This document shows positions 1 through 12,164 of a stretch of DNA of 64,000 nt, in pieces; positions within the stretch are counted from its first letter, which is position 1; the number at the start of each line of letters is the position of its first letter. The position numbers were made by a program, and so were the translations under genes. Origin of the DNA: Leucoraja ocellata (taxonomy: Eukaryota); the NCBI GenBank assembly GCA_036785375.1, contig JAWMAR010000344.1, positions 124,001 to 188,000 of the forward strand, given 5' to 3'. Under the pieces are notes generated by a model that was given only the letters and a program-made list of their open reading frames with translations, did no database searches and was not told the DNA's origin.

Positions 1-281
1 ATTATTAACTGAATTTGGATTTTGTAGGCAATAAGACATTGGAGCAGAATTTGACCATTTAGCCCATCGAGCCTACCCCGCCATTCAATCATGGCTGATC
101 TATTTTTACTCCTCAACACCATTCTGCCTTCCCCAGGAATGTGCTATCAGGAGTGATGGTTGAGGTAGATATGGTGACATCTAATAGACTTAGATATGCA
201 TATGGATATGTAGGGATATAGATAATGTGCAGGCAGATAAGAGATGGACTTGGCATTATGTTCGGCACCAATATTGTGGCT

Positions 282-657
282 GATACAATACAATACAATT
301 TATTTGTTGTCATTTGAACCCAGAGGTTCAAACGAAATTTGGTTTCTGCAGTCATACAAACAAGAAGAAGAACCAAGACGCAACATAATTTACACAAACA
401 TCCATCACAGTGAATCTCCTCCTCACTGTGATGGAAGGCAAAGTCTTATCTCTCCCCTGCACTCCTCGTTCTCCTCCCGATGTCAGAGTCAAAGCCCCCC
501 CGGCGGGCAATGGTAAATAAGTCCCGCGGCAATTATAAAGCCGCGCCGGGTGATGCAAGGCCCTGCTTCGGGTCTTGGTGTTGGAGCCCCCGACGTGCGC
601 TAACAAGTCCCGCGGCCATTTAAAGCCGCACCGGGCCATGATGTAAGGCCCCGCCCG
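282..657 (-). mobile_element. Non-autonomous retroposon, two-hairpin family (copy A), 5'-truncated
   Basis: Near-identical to 40810-41165; (TATTG)n tail; hairpins at 313-332 and 401-435. Confidence 0.75.
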
Positions 658-1004
658 ATGATGGGCCTGTTCTTATGCTTTACTGTTCTTTGGTTTAAAT
701 ATGTGTAATCTGAGACACTGAACAAAGAAAGTGGAGTAGATTAAAAATGTATGTGTCTGGTTTTACATTCACGTTTAATCATTGAAAAATACAGGTGACC
801 CTCCATGTTACGGGGGATTGCATTCCTAGACTCTGTATCATGATCTTTCCCAAATGGGGAGCCACGTTACCTGCATGTGTTAAATTTGTTTTTGATTATG
901 AATTTTATTCCATATCAAATGTTTGGGTGGTAATTTGTGAATTCTGGAAGGCCAAAATTCCATAATCTGAATGATCATAACACAGAAATTTCCCAAATAA
1001 AGTA

Positions 1005-2659
1005 CAGGTGCACAACCTTTTATCCGAAGATCCAAATAACGAAAACCTCCGAATAGCGACATTTTTTCAGTCCTTGAAAAAAGGTCCTTGAAAACGTTCA
1101 CGGAGGGCGGCCCGCAGAGGTGACAGCGGAACCTCCGGTCGGTCCTCGAAGAAAGGGGAACTAAATCCCCATCCATAAAAGAGAAGGTGAGGGTATATTG
1201 CGCGGGAGGGTTAATAATTGACAATATGCTGCTGTCTGCCCGCTGAGTTAAAAAAGTTCCCACGGTAGACTCACGATACACAGTGTATCGTGAGTCTTGC
1301 GTGGGAACTTTTTTAACTCAGCGGGCAGGGAGCAGCAGATTGTCGCTCCCTTCAGTTTCACCCCACCTACACCCCTCTGCTTCCCGGCCATGTGTGTGAC
1401 CCCTTCCCTCCCCTCTCCAGCTCCCCGCCCATTGCACCGGCGTGGGGGCTTTGCACTGTCACGTCGGCAATGCCAGTCACCGGAGACGTCAGGACCAACG
1501 GGACACCGATCCCCAGGCCCACTGCAAGCACGGAGATCCCAGAGACCCACAGCCAGCAGCAGCCCAGCCCCGTTCCAACTCCAGAGGAAAACTGCAAACT
1601 AGCGGGAGACATCGGGACCACCAGGAGCCGCTCCCCGATGGGCCGCTACAGCAACAAGTGGCAGTTCGCCCACAGCCCGAGCTGTGCCCCCTCATCGGGA
1701 CACCGACCCCCAGGCCCACTGCAAGCACGGAGATCCCAGATCAGCAACTCCAGTCCAGCCCCGCTCCAACTCCAGAGGGGCAGCTGCTGCTGGTGCGCAA
1801 GGTGCGTCTTGTTCTCGGGCTGTGGGCGAACTGCCACTTGTCGCCGCAGCGGCCCATCGGGGAGCGGATTCCTCTGGAGTTGGGGGTGGGGGGCGGGGGA
1901 GGGGGGTATTGTGCTGTTTGATCGCCCCCTGCTATCCCAGGGACAGGGAGACAGGACTTCACTGAGGGCGGCCCGCAGAGGTGACAGCGGAACCTCCGGT
2001 CAGTCCTCGACGAAAGGGGAACTAAATCCCCATTCATAAAAGAGAAGGCGAGGGTACATTGACCAGGAGAGTAGGAATCCCAAGACAAAGTTGAGTGAGC
2101 GTTCACCGAGGGTGGCCCGCAGAGGTGACAGCGGAACCTCGGGTCGGTCCTGGAAGAAAGGGGAACTAAAAAGTGAAGTGGAGGGTATATTGCGCGGGAG
2201 GGTATATCGCCTACCTGGAAGAAACCAGACATTTTTTCCAGGATGTCGTCTGCACACCAAAGCTCACGTTTGGCGCCTCTGCTGCACACGGATATAAAAG
2301 TGTGAAAATGTCGCCTTAGGCCGCCTTAGGGCATGTAGCCCCGCTAGGGTGACATGAGTGCGGGAGGTGATTCAATGCTGCGGTCACATTTACAAATTCA
2401 GGAACTCATTCAACACACTGCATTTCATACAGACATTTATTCTGCAAGAAAAAAACTACACTGAAGACTCAAACTCGCGACCGAGGAACTGCCGGGATCA
2501 AGGCGCAAACTCGCGACCTTGCGGATATGAGCCGGGCACTCTACCACTGAGCCAGCCATTAAAATCTACGCAAAAAAATTTCCATTCCGAAGACCGACAA
2601 ATTCCAAATTACGAAAAGTGTCTGGTCCCAAGGCTGTCGGATAAAAGGTTGTGCACCTG
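1005..2659. mobile_element. Non-autonomous Tc1/mariner-superfamily (pogo/Tigger-like) DNA element
   Basis: Perfect 23-bp TIRs CAGGTGCACAACCTTTTATCCGA (1005-1027 / 2637-2659) flanked by TA on both sides. GC-rich repetitive interior, no transposase. Confidence 0.88.
2490..2557 (-). pseudogene. tRNA-Met-like relic inside the DNA element
   Basis: Minus strand GGCTCAGTGGTAGAGTGCCCGG-CTCATAT-CCGCAAGGTCGCGAGTTTG: A-box, CAT anticodon loop, degenerate B-box; no good acceptor stem. Confidence 0.5.
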
Positions 2660-2791
2660 TACCTTGTTCTGAAACCTGGTCATATGTATTTTTAAATAGG
2701 AAAATAAATCTGCCGGGTTAAATTTTGTTGTTTATTTTTGGTTACTTTGCTTGGATCATTGCTGAATTTTTTTTTTTTAAATTCAGGATGT

Positions 2792-5700
2792 TTATGCAGC
2801 TTTTAATGAGGTATGAGGTTTCAATATAACCGACCCTAACAAGTTATACAAAACAGAGATGCATTTCTTCCGGTTGGGATCTAGAGCTAAGATGGTATCG
2901 GTCAGGGTTTCAGGGGGGCGATTTGGGAAATGGGGGAATGTCTTCTTCACAAAATCCCTAATCTGGAAAAAACGAATAAGGTGGGAGTTTGGGAGGCTAT
3001 AGTTGGACGAGAGCTCCGCAAAAGACGAAAAGATGCCATCCTTGTATAGGTTTTTGATACTACTGATACCGTTGCTATGCCAGGTTTTGAATGCGTGGTC
3101 TGTACTTGAAGGTTTAAAGATGTGGTTTTTAAGCAGTGGGGTCAAGATGGAAGGGCCTTGTAAACCAAAGTTTTTCCTGAGTTGACTCCATATCTTGAGC
3201 GAGAGGGACACAATTGGGCCTGCACCCACAGATGTTATAGGAAGGGGGAGTTGGGAGCATAGGACAGACCGCAACGGGAGATGTGAACTCGCCTTTTCCA
3301 TGTGTACCCAGGTTGGTAGGTGGTCGCAATCATCATTCATCCAATGCAGGAGTTTTTGCAAGTTAGCTGCCAAATAGTATCGCCTAAAGTCAGGAAGTGC
3401 CAAACCGCCGTCACTCTTAGGAGACTGCAGTATCGCCTTTCGGATTCTAGCCGATATTGTCCTTTCTAATTTATCAAAAAAAGATTTAGTGATAAGTATA
3501 GGAACGTGCTGGAAAAGATACAGGAATTTGGGTAGGACGACCATCTTGACCAGATTTATCCGGCCCACGAGGGATAGCGGTAAAACTGACCAGCGGTCAA
3601 AATCTCTTTCAGCTTTCTCAACCAGAGGCAGAAAGTTTGTGCGGAACATATCAGATAAGGGTGTTGTGATAAAGACGCCGAGGTAGCGAAACCCGTCCTC
3701 TGCCCATTTGAATGAGGTTAAAGAGCGAGGGAGCTGCTTAGCCAATGAGTTAATCCGTAATAGCTCACTCTTTTGGTAGTTAAGTTTATAACCAGAATAC
3801 GCGCCAAACCGTTCTAAAATATTCGTAATCACAGGGAGAGAGCTGACTGGGTTCGAGATGTACAGGAGCAGGTTATCCGCATACAATGAGACTTTATGAG
3901 TTGTGTCGAACCGTGTAATACCTTTAAAGCCCTTCTCTGAGCGTAACCAGAACGCCAAGGGTTCTATCGCGACAGCAAACAGAAGTGGTGATAACGGGCA
4001 ACCCTGTCTGGCACCTCCCTGAAGGGGGAAGTGGGGCGACAGTGTGCTGTTTGTTTGTACTGAGGCCACCGGGGACGAGTATAATAGACTGACCCAAAGA
4101 ATAAAACTGTTACCGAGGCCAAACCTGTCCATCGCCTCATATAGGTACCTCCACTCGACCCTGTCGAAAGCTTTTTCGGCGTCGAGGGAGACCACTATCT
4201 CCGGGGTCTCACTACCCGGTGAATGGATGATGTTAAGGAGACGCCTAGTATTGTGGGAAGACTGACGGCCTGGTTATAAACCCTGTTTGGTCTAACGAGA
4301 TAATAGAGGGCATCACTCGTTGAAGACGGAGCGCAAGGGCTTTAGAGAGGATTTTGAGGTCCACATTCAGGAGTGAAATTGGTCTACAAAGCAGGGGATC
4401 TTTCTCCTTTTTAAGAATTAGGGAGATAGTAGCCCACGACAAGGTGGGCGGTAGGTGACGATGTAAAAAGGCCTCATTGTACATATCTCTCAGGACTGGT
4501 GAGAGGAGAGCAGAGAAAGCTTTGTAATATTCTACAGTGAAGCCGTCAGGGCCGGGTGACTTTCCGCTTTGCAGCGATGTGATGGCTGCTTGGACGTCAG
4601 CAACAGTTATGCTACCACTAGCAATGTTACAAAATGCTGAGATTTAAAAAATCAAGTCTGCAATTTATCCCATCAGATAAAGCATAACAATAAGTTTAAT
4701 TTGACACCTAATTCACTTTCATATCTCAAGTAATAAAAAAGTTATGGCCATTTTCATACTCGGAAATTAGCATCTTGTTCCCTATTGATTTTCTATGGAC
4801 ATAACAAAAAAGCTGTGATCGAGGACAGTCAAAAGCCCATAACCTTCTTAAAAATTAAGAGAACTGAATGAAATTTTCAGTTATCATAGATTGAACCATT
4901 CTGAAACAAATATAAAATAATCTTACTTGGAGGACCTGAAATTAAAGCATATAATTAGTTAGTTACCCCAATTGTAGCTAATTTCAAACTTCAATTACTA
5001 GATCTAAACATCTATCCATTTCTTAATAAATGATTAACGTTTTTAAATAGCCCAAGTGTCCAAATAATATTCACAAATAATTCACAATAAAACATGATTT
5101 TAAAATCTCATTTACATTAATTTATAGGCCAAATGGAAGGAATTTAGTGTTCAATTGCAGTAAATTAAAGTCAATTTAAATCAGCTTTCTAGTGGGTTCC
5201 TGTGAACGCGCTGGTTTAGAACTTCACATTGCGCTGGATTTGTGCCCTCAAATGCCCAGAAAAATACTGCGGGATATAAAGAGCCCAAAATGAACTATTC
5301 ACTATAGAAAACTTTATATACAGGGTTCTTAAGAAGCCCCTTTTAATGTAAAAATAAGGTACATACCTTTAATTGTTTGCTTTATAAAACCCTGGGGCTG
5401 CGAGAGGTTGCGGGTTGAGAGAGTGGTTTTTAAACTACTATAACTATTATACAAAGCCATAAAATCTAATAATACCTTTTGCGACAGGGTCTTTCAGCGA
5501 TTTTCCGTTAATGATTTACTAGGCTGAACATTTTCGATTGCAACAGCCTAGTAAAAATCGCGTTTTAAACCCGCCCCCTCTAAACAGCGCCAAAATCACA
5601 CACGGCCTGGGGCAGATTCTCATCGACGATTCAGGTAGGTTTTGTAACATACCTACTACCACCCAAGTCTCTCGTGGCTTCATTGTCAATTCGGGGAAAC

Positions 5701-6168
5701 GTCACACTACTGAGCATGTCACCTGCAGTGGGAGGACAATCGGAAACGTATAGTTTGGCGTAGAATTTAGCAAATGCTTCATTAATTCTAAGAGGATCAG
5801 TATGAATCTCCCTAAGCTGGATCTAATGGCTGGAATTAGCCGTGAAGTCGCCTCGGTTCTGGCCTGATGGGCCAAAAGCTTCCCAGCTTTATAACCAGAT
5901 TCAAAAAAGTGTTGCCTAGATTTAAGCAGTCGTAGCTTAGCTTTATTAGTAGACATGAGGTCAAAGTCTGTTTGTAACCTAAGGCCTTCTCTATACAGGT
6001 TAGGGTCTGGGTCAGATGCATATTTGTCATCAATGTCCTTTATTTTTTGTAACAGGTCTGCCGTTTGGGATGTCTCGGTTCTTTTCAGGTTGGAGACAAA
6101 AGAGATAAGTTGGCCCCTAATATAGGCTTTTGAAGCTTCCCAGAGTATCCCTCTTTCTATGTCCGGCA
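2792..6168 (-). mobile_element. L1-clade LINE ORF2 fragment, truncated at both ends, interrupted at 4619-5655
   Basis: RT motifs SLDAEKAFDRVEW, RQGCPLSPLLF, SLYADNLLLY, FRYLGV, GGLALPDF. Upstream GKSPGPDGF and LWEASKAYIRG; frameshifts present. Confidence 0.93.
4619..5655 (-). mobile_element. Non-autonomous DNA transposon, TAG termini, 7-bp TSD (copy 1)
   Basis: TIR TAG(C/G)(A/T)ATGTTACAAAA; TSD CTACCAC at 4612-18 and 5656-62; reverse complement of 62753-63792. Confidence 0.92.
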
Positions 6169-7233
6169 AGTCATGTTTAGTATTTTCTTGCATATCCTTT
6201 GCAAGCAATGACTGCTTGAAGTCTGCGATTCATGGTCATCACCAGTTGCTGGGTGTCTTCTCCGGTGATGCTCTGCCAGGCCTGTATTGCAGCCATCTAT
6301 AGCTTATGCTTGTTTTGGGGGCTAATCCCCTTCAGTTTTCTCTTCAGCATATAAAAGGCATGCTCAATTATGTTCAGATCGGGTGATTGACATTTGCCAC
6401 TCAAGAATTGACCATTTTTTAGCATTGAAAAACTCCTTTGTTGCTTTAGCATTATGTTTGGGATCATTGTCTTGTTGTAGAATGAGCTGCTGGCCAATGG
6501 GTTATGAGGCATTTGTTTGAACTTGAGCAGATAGGATATGTCTATACGCTTCAGAATTTATTGTTATACTACCATCAGCAGTTGTGTCATCAATGAAGAT
6601 AAGTGAGCTAGTACCTTCTGCAGCCATACATGCCCAAGCCATAACACCCCCACCACCGTGTTTCACAGATGAGGTGGTATGCTTTGGATCTTGGGCAGTT
6701 CCTTCTCACTTCTGTGATGGCTGATGCTCTTGCCATCACTGATATAAGTTAATCTTCATCTCATCTGTCCACAACACCTTTTTCCAACCTGTGGTTGCTC
6801 TTTTAAGTACCTTGGCAAAATGTTACCTGGCCATCCTATTTTTGCGGCTAACCAGTGGCTTGCATCCTGTAGTGTAGCCTCTGTATTTCTGTCCATGAAG
6901 TCTTCTGCGGACAGTGGTCATTGACAAATCCACTCCTGAAGAGTGTTTCTGATCTGTCGGACATGTGTTTGGGGATGTCTTTATTATAGAGTAAATTCTT
7001 CTGTCATCACATTATGGTGCCCTGAAATTGGAGGGGAGGGGGGGAGGCTGTATAAACACAGCTGTAATTTCTACATGATGAAATCAAAATTTATAAAAAA
7101 TACCCTTTAATAAAATCTGACAATGTACACTTTAACAACATGTGATTTTTTTTAAATTACAAATCTCAAATTGTGGAGTCGAGGTAATTAAGTAAATGAT
7201 GTGGCTTTGTCCCAAACATTATGGAGGACACTG
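6169..7233 (-). mobile_element. Deleted Tc1-like transposon (same family as 56818-58899)
   Basis: Transposase remnant QSPDLNIIEHAFYMLKRKLK; one long TIR ending ...ATGGAGGACACTG|TA at 7233; other end lost at the L1 junction. Confidence 0.88.
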
Positions 7234-8819
7234 TAACTATTCATCTCCGCACAGATTCCATCTGACTTGCTGAATGTTTCCAGAGGTTTTTGATACTTAA
7301 TTAACTGTAAAATCTAACTTGTTGCTCACCCTGGTTTTTTTTAAACTTACTTAAAATAATTTCTTCAAATAAGCTTGTCGGTACCTTAGAACTCCTTCGC
7401 TTGATTTTCTTTTATTCTAATTTGAAGTATGTAGGTTGGTCTTTATTAAAATTGCTATACAATGTCAATTTTTTTTTTGCTGGAAGTGTATAAAGAATTT
7501 ACATTTCACATTTTTTAAGGTGACAGGCTAATTTCATAATACTCTTTTTTAAGTATGCTATCTTCTTGTCTTTATACATAGCAACCTGGGTTAAATAGAA
7601 GTGTAGTCTCTATGGTTTACAGATGAAAAATTAGTTTCCGTTTTTCAAGTGTGATTTGCCGTTCACGTTTAAATTTTCTGGATAATATTGGTGTCATGCT
7701 TTGCAGTTTAGGGTATTGAAAGGATATGCATTTTTTAAATTGTTTTTCTCATGGCAGTTGTTAAAGATTAAATTTTATTGAGTCAAGTACTGTGATTCAT
7801 CTTTAGTGTTCACGAATGACATCACAGATACTGTTGGTTAATGGTGCAGATATCCTGGAGTGCAATGATAGGTTTATCTAATAGTAAATCAACCTGTGAA
7901 TCGCACAGCAAGGTTTAGTGTCCAATTGTTGCCATGATCAAAGCTTTTTTACCTATTAATTGGAGATGGTATGTTCATTTGTATATCAGCAACTGCACAA
8001 AATAGTGAGAGGTGATGAGAAAATTTGATGTTTGATGTGTTTTTAATATGCTTTCAAAGGTCTATCAAAATAGTATTTCCAGTTGCCAGCAAATGTTTTT
8101 CCATTTGGAAGCAATTTCTAGCAAAAAAAGTAATGGTAATTGTCATCATTATTAGGATATTGTGTAACATTGAGAATGATTACAGTGTCATTTGAACCAG
8201 CTGCTATAGTGAGACTAAAATCTGATCAGATGTATTCCATCATGAACTCCACATAAATTGCAATGTGATGGGGATGGGGATTTTTAACAAACAAAATGGC
8301 ATATCCTGAAAGGAATGCCTCTATGGAATGTTCCCTCTGAGGAAGGAGAGGGAAGATATGTTTAGTATTTGGTGTTGGTCATTTGCTATTGAATGTGGAA
8401 CCTGGTGGGTTAGAAGAGGAGGACATGGAGATCCCTGTCCTGATTAAGAAAGGGTGTGTGGAACCATTAGAAGTATATCAACAGTGGGAAGAAAGTGTAC
8501 TTTAGTTGTGAGAGTCATAGACCATGGTTAGTAGCATGACTCCTGAAATGGATGTGAGAAGTTGAGGAAGGAAAAGGAATATTTTGAAAAGTGCCATGTG
8601 GAAAGTGAGAGAGGGGGAAATTACCTTTCCAGTGAATTAAAGGTAGAGAAAAATGCTGGAGAAACTCAGCGGGTGAGGCAGCATCTATGGAGCAAAGGAA
8701 ATAGGTGATGTTTCTGGTCGACATCCTTCTTCATATCTATAATAAGAAATACAGCAGACAGTTTGTGCAGCACATCAACAAAATGCTTGACAAAAGACAG
8801 GAAATCATGCTCTCCCCTA

Positions 8820-9235
8820 AGGGCACAGTGGTAGAACTGCTGCCTTATATCACGAGAGATGAGGGTTGAGCCTGACCTTAAGTGCTGTCTGCATGGAGAT
8901 TGCATGTTCTCCCGGTGATTACATGCGCTTCCTCTGGATGCTCCAGTTTCCTCCCACATCCCATGTGAGTGAATCAAAAGTTGGATGGCGTAGAACTAGT
9001 GTGAACAGGATAGACACAAAATGCTGGAGTAACTCAGCGGGACAGGCAGCATCTCTGGAGAGAAGGAATGCAGAGTCCCGCTGCCTGTCCCGCTGAGTTA
9101 CCCCAGCATTTTATGTCTAACTCCGATTAATACCAGCATCTGCATTTCATTCCCACACATAGTGTGAACAGGAGATCGATAGTCAGCGTCGACTTGGTGG
9201 ACTGTTTCAATGCTGTATCTTTCAATCAATCAAAC
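8820..9235 (+). mobile_element. HE1-like tRNA-derived SINE, interrupted at 9011-9159
   Basis: GGCACAGTGGTAGAACTGCTGCCT head; GGGTTGAGCC B-box-like motif; CR1-type tail ending (CAAT)n. Confidence 0.75.
9011..9159. mobile_element. Inverted-pair Penelope-derived short element with 14-bp TSD
   Basis: TAGTGTGAACAGGA duplicated at 8997-9010 and 9160-9173; interior is a head-to-head pair of the GCTGGAGTAACTCAGCGGG repeat. Confidence 0.75.
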
Positions 9236-9593
9236 TAATCCGCTGCCACTTCATTGGCACAACTTCCAAAAACAAAGGACCTTAATTATCTCAATTACTT
9301 AATTGGATTTCCACTATAAAAAAAGGAATTTGGCTTAGCTTTGTGCAATCAACAGTGCTAAGCTTTATGTTCTCTGGAATGGCACAGGATATTAAAGAGT
9401 TTCAATCACATTTTGAAATATGGAAAGTTCTGTGAAGCAGCTCAAAAATTGTGATTTAAAAAAAAATGCAGGGCTATTAAGTCCTCGTACCGAAATGGTC
9501 TAGCTTTAAGCAATTATTAATTGGAATCAATAGAGTAATACATTCATTCATACCTTTTATTTTTATTTATATATATGTTTATATATACCAGAT

Positions 9594-9827
9594 NNNNNNN
9601 NNNNNNNNNNNNNNNNNNNNNNNNNNNNNNNNNNNNNNNNNNNNNNNNNNNNNNNNNNNNNNNNNNNNNNNNNNNNNNNNNNNNNNNNNNNNNNNNNNNN
9701 NNNNNNNNNNNNNNNNNNNNNNNNNNNNNNNNNNNNNNNNNNNNNNNNNNNNNNNNNNNNNNNNNNNNNNNNNNNNNNNNNNNNNNNNNNNNNNNNNNNN
9801 NNNNNNNNNNNNNNNNNNNNNNNNNNN
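9594..9827. other. Assembly gap (234 N)
   Basis: Run of N. Confidence 1.
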
Positions 9828-11882
9828 ATCTGGTATTTTGCAGTTCCATGGAAGAATGCTTTTTGATTTTATCAGCTCATTGGTTTCACTTTATCAATGT
9901 GTTGCTGAAGATTAAGTTTGCAAAAGACAAAAAGATGTTACTTATTTCACACTATGCCATTTCAAATATTGAGATGTGTACATTTCTTAAACTACATGCT
10001 TATCACAGGTTGTTTGCATGTGATATTCAGGTGATGGAACACGATTAATCCTGCTATTCAAACTCTACCTCTAAACTCTACTGCCTATGTCTTTGAAACT
10101 ATTCAGACCTGGAGAGATTCCAAGACGGAAATGCACTCCGCTGCTTGTCTTTGTGAAAATTGCACAGGTTTTTTTCCAAATGGTGGCAGCTGCCATTTTA
10201 TGCAAGCAATTAATTTTGTTGTTGGGCTTTTAATATCATTGTTTAATTTTTCATATTTTCAAAATGATAAGTAGATGGTAATCTTTCTCTAGCTACATGT
10301 GCTAAGGGCCATGTGAAGGGATTGATTTATTTTATTTGACTTTCATTTGATTCGTGGGTAATATCTCCTAATAATGCTGTATAATTTCAGATAGACAGTT
10401 ATATTTCTGTTTTTCTTTCCAGATTTCTTTCCAGACCTGGTAAAAACAGCAATATTTTGTATTCCTTCCAACCTCTTTTAAAATCATGCACGCACGCACA
10501 AATGCCTATAATTCTGGTAGCTGGTCACTTATTTTGCTGTCATTTAGCATTCTTGATTCGCCTGTATCTGTATAGGTATAGATTTTTTTTTTGTTAAAAA
10601 GTCTGCTCTATCTGAATCTGCATCTGACATTATTCCCAAAATGAGAATGACAGATATTTTGCTTATTATCACACTTCAAAATGCCCATATCCTTGTTGTA
10701 CAGACCAAAGAAATAAAAGATGGGGAGGATGCATATTGTGTATCCTGCTGCTATGTGCCTGAATGCTATGATTGTTATGTGATTGAATTTTATTTTACAT
10801 GATAATCCTGTTTTTATACCCGCATTTGGAAGTTTTAATCTGCAATTCCATCCATTATGTTCTGAGGAATGAGACAAAAGTGAGAACCATGCAAGATATC
10901 ATCCAGCATTGTGATTAAAGGGAGTTGAACAAATGGTTTCAAGCTAGTCATTGAGGATTTTGGACTTGTTTATTCATAATGGTAGAGGAGGTTAGTTGGT
11001 AATTGAGAAAAGGACTTTGCTTTTCTGAATGTAGACAAAAATGCTGGAGAAACTCAGCGAGTGAGGCAGCGAAGGAAATAGGCGACATCATGCTTTTCTG
11101 AATGATGCCAGTATAGTGGCCAGTGCTAGATGTGGCTAAAATATCCACAAAAATATGGAGTTACACAGGCAGCATCTCTGGAGAAACAGGATGGCCGATG
11201 TTTTGGGTTAGGACACTTCTAAAGACGGATGTGGCTAAGTGCTGTGCACTAGAAATGCCAAAAGCTATGTCATTGGGTTGAAGAAAACAATGACTATGCA
11301 AATTTGTAAACTTTATTATGTGCACACTTGGGTAAACACATCATCTCTGGGAGATGCGACTATGGCTCCCAGTAATAATAGTTAAGAGAACAATTTATGA
11401 GAATTGAAGTAAATATGTCGCATTTGCATTGATGAGCAACACCAAGCTGGTAGGTATGCGTAGGCCTGGACTGCTAATGCTGGTTTACACAGAAGATAGA
11501 TACTCAGCAGGACAGGCAACATCTCTGGATGGAAGGAATAGGTGACGTTTCAGTTCGAGACCCTTCAGAGAATAGATGGGAGAAGTAATTTTTAACTGAG
11601 CTGACATTGCAGAGCGATGCGGGAGGACTGTGCCTAACAACATTAGGATATTTTCTACTGTTAAAATTGTGATGGGAACCTCGTTCAATTTCTTATTCCA
11701 CATGATTGTTACATGGCAAGATCTTGGTATGTTCCTTTGAAAAAAAGTTTACAGAACACCCATCCTGATGTGGCCTGCTCATACCTTTATAATTCTTCTC
11801 CAATAAGTACTCCTGCTTGAATGAATTTTATCTCGACCAAAGCAGAATACATTAATTATCAATTCAAAGTCAAATTGAGTGA

Positions 11883-12163
11883 TGGCACAGTAGCATAGTG
11901 GTAGAATTGCTGCCTTACAACGTCAGAGACCAATTTGATCCTGACTACGGATACTGTCTTAATGGAGTTTGCATTTTCTCCCGTGACTGTGTGGGTTTTT
12001 TCCAAGTGTACTGGTTTTCTCCCAAACTCCAAAAATTGGCTTCGGTAAAATTGTAAATTATCCCTGGTGTGTAGGATAGTGCTAGTGTACAGGGTGATCG
12101 CTGGTCGGTGTGGACTCAGTGGGCTGAAGGGCCTGTTTCCACACTGTGTCACTAAAGTCTAAA
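11883..12163 (+). mobile_element. HE1-like SINE
   Basis: tRNA-like head; GGGCTGAAGGGCCTGTTTCC tail shared with the CR1 3' ends. Confidence 0.8.
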
Positions 12164-12164
12164 C

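Noticed and set aside
1248-2297. Cluster of overlapping 100-215 aa ORFs
   Set aside because: Stop-poor GC-rich repeats within a non-autonomous element; no recognisable domain.
9544-10048. ORFs containing X runs
   Set aside because: Artefact of the N gap.
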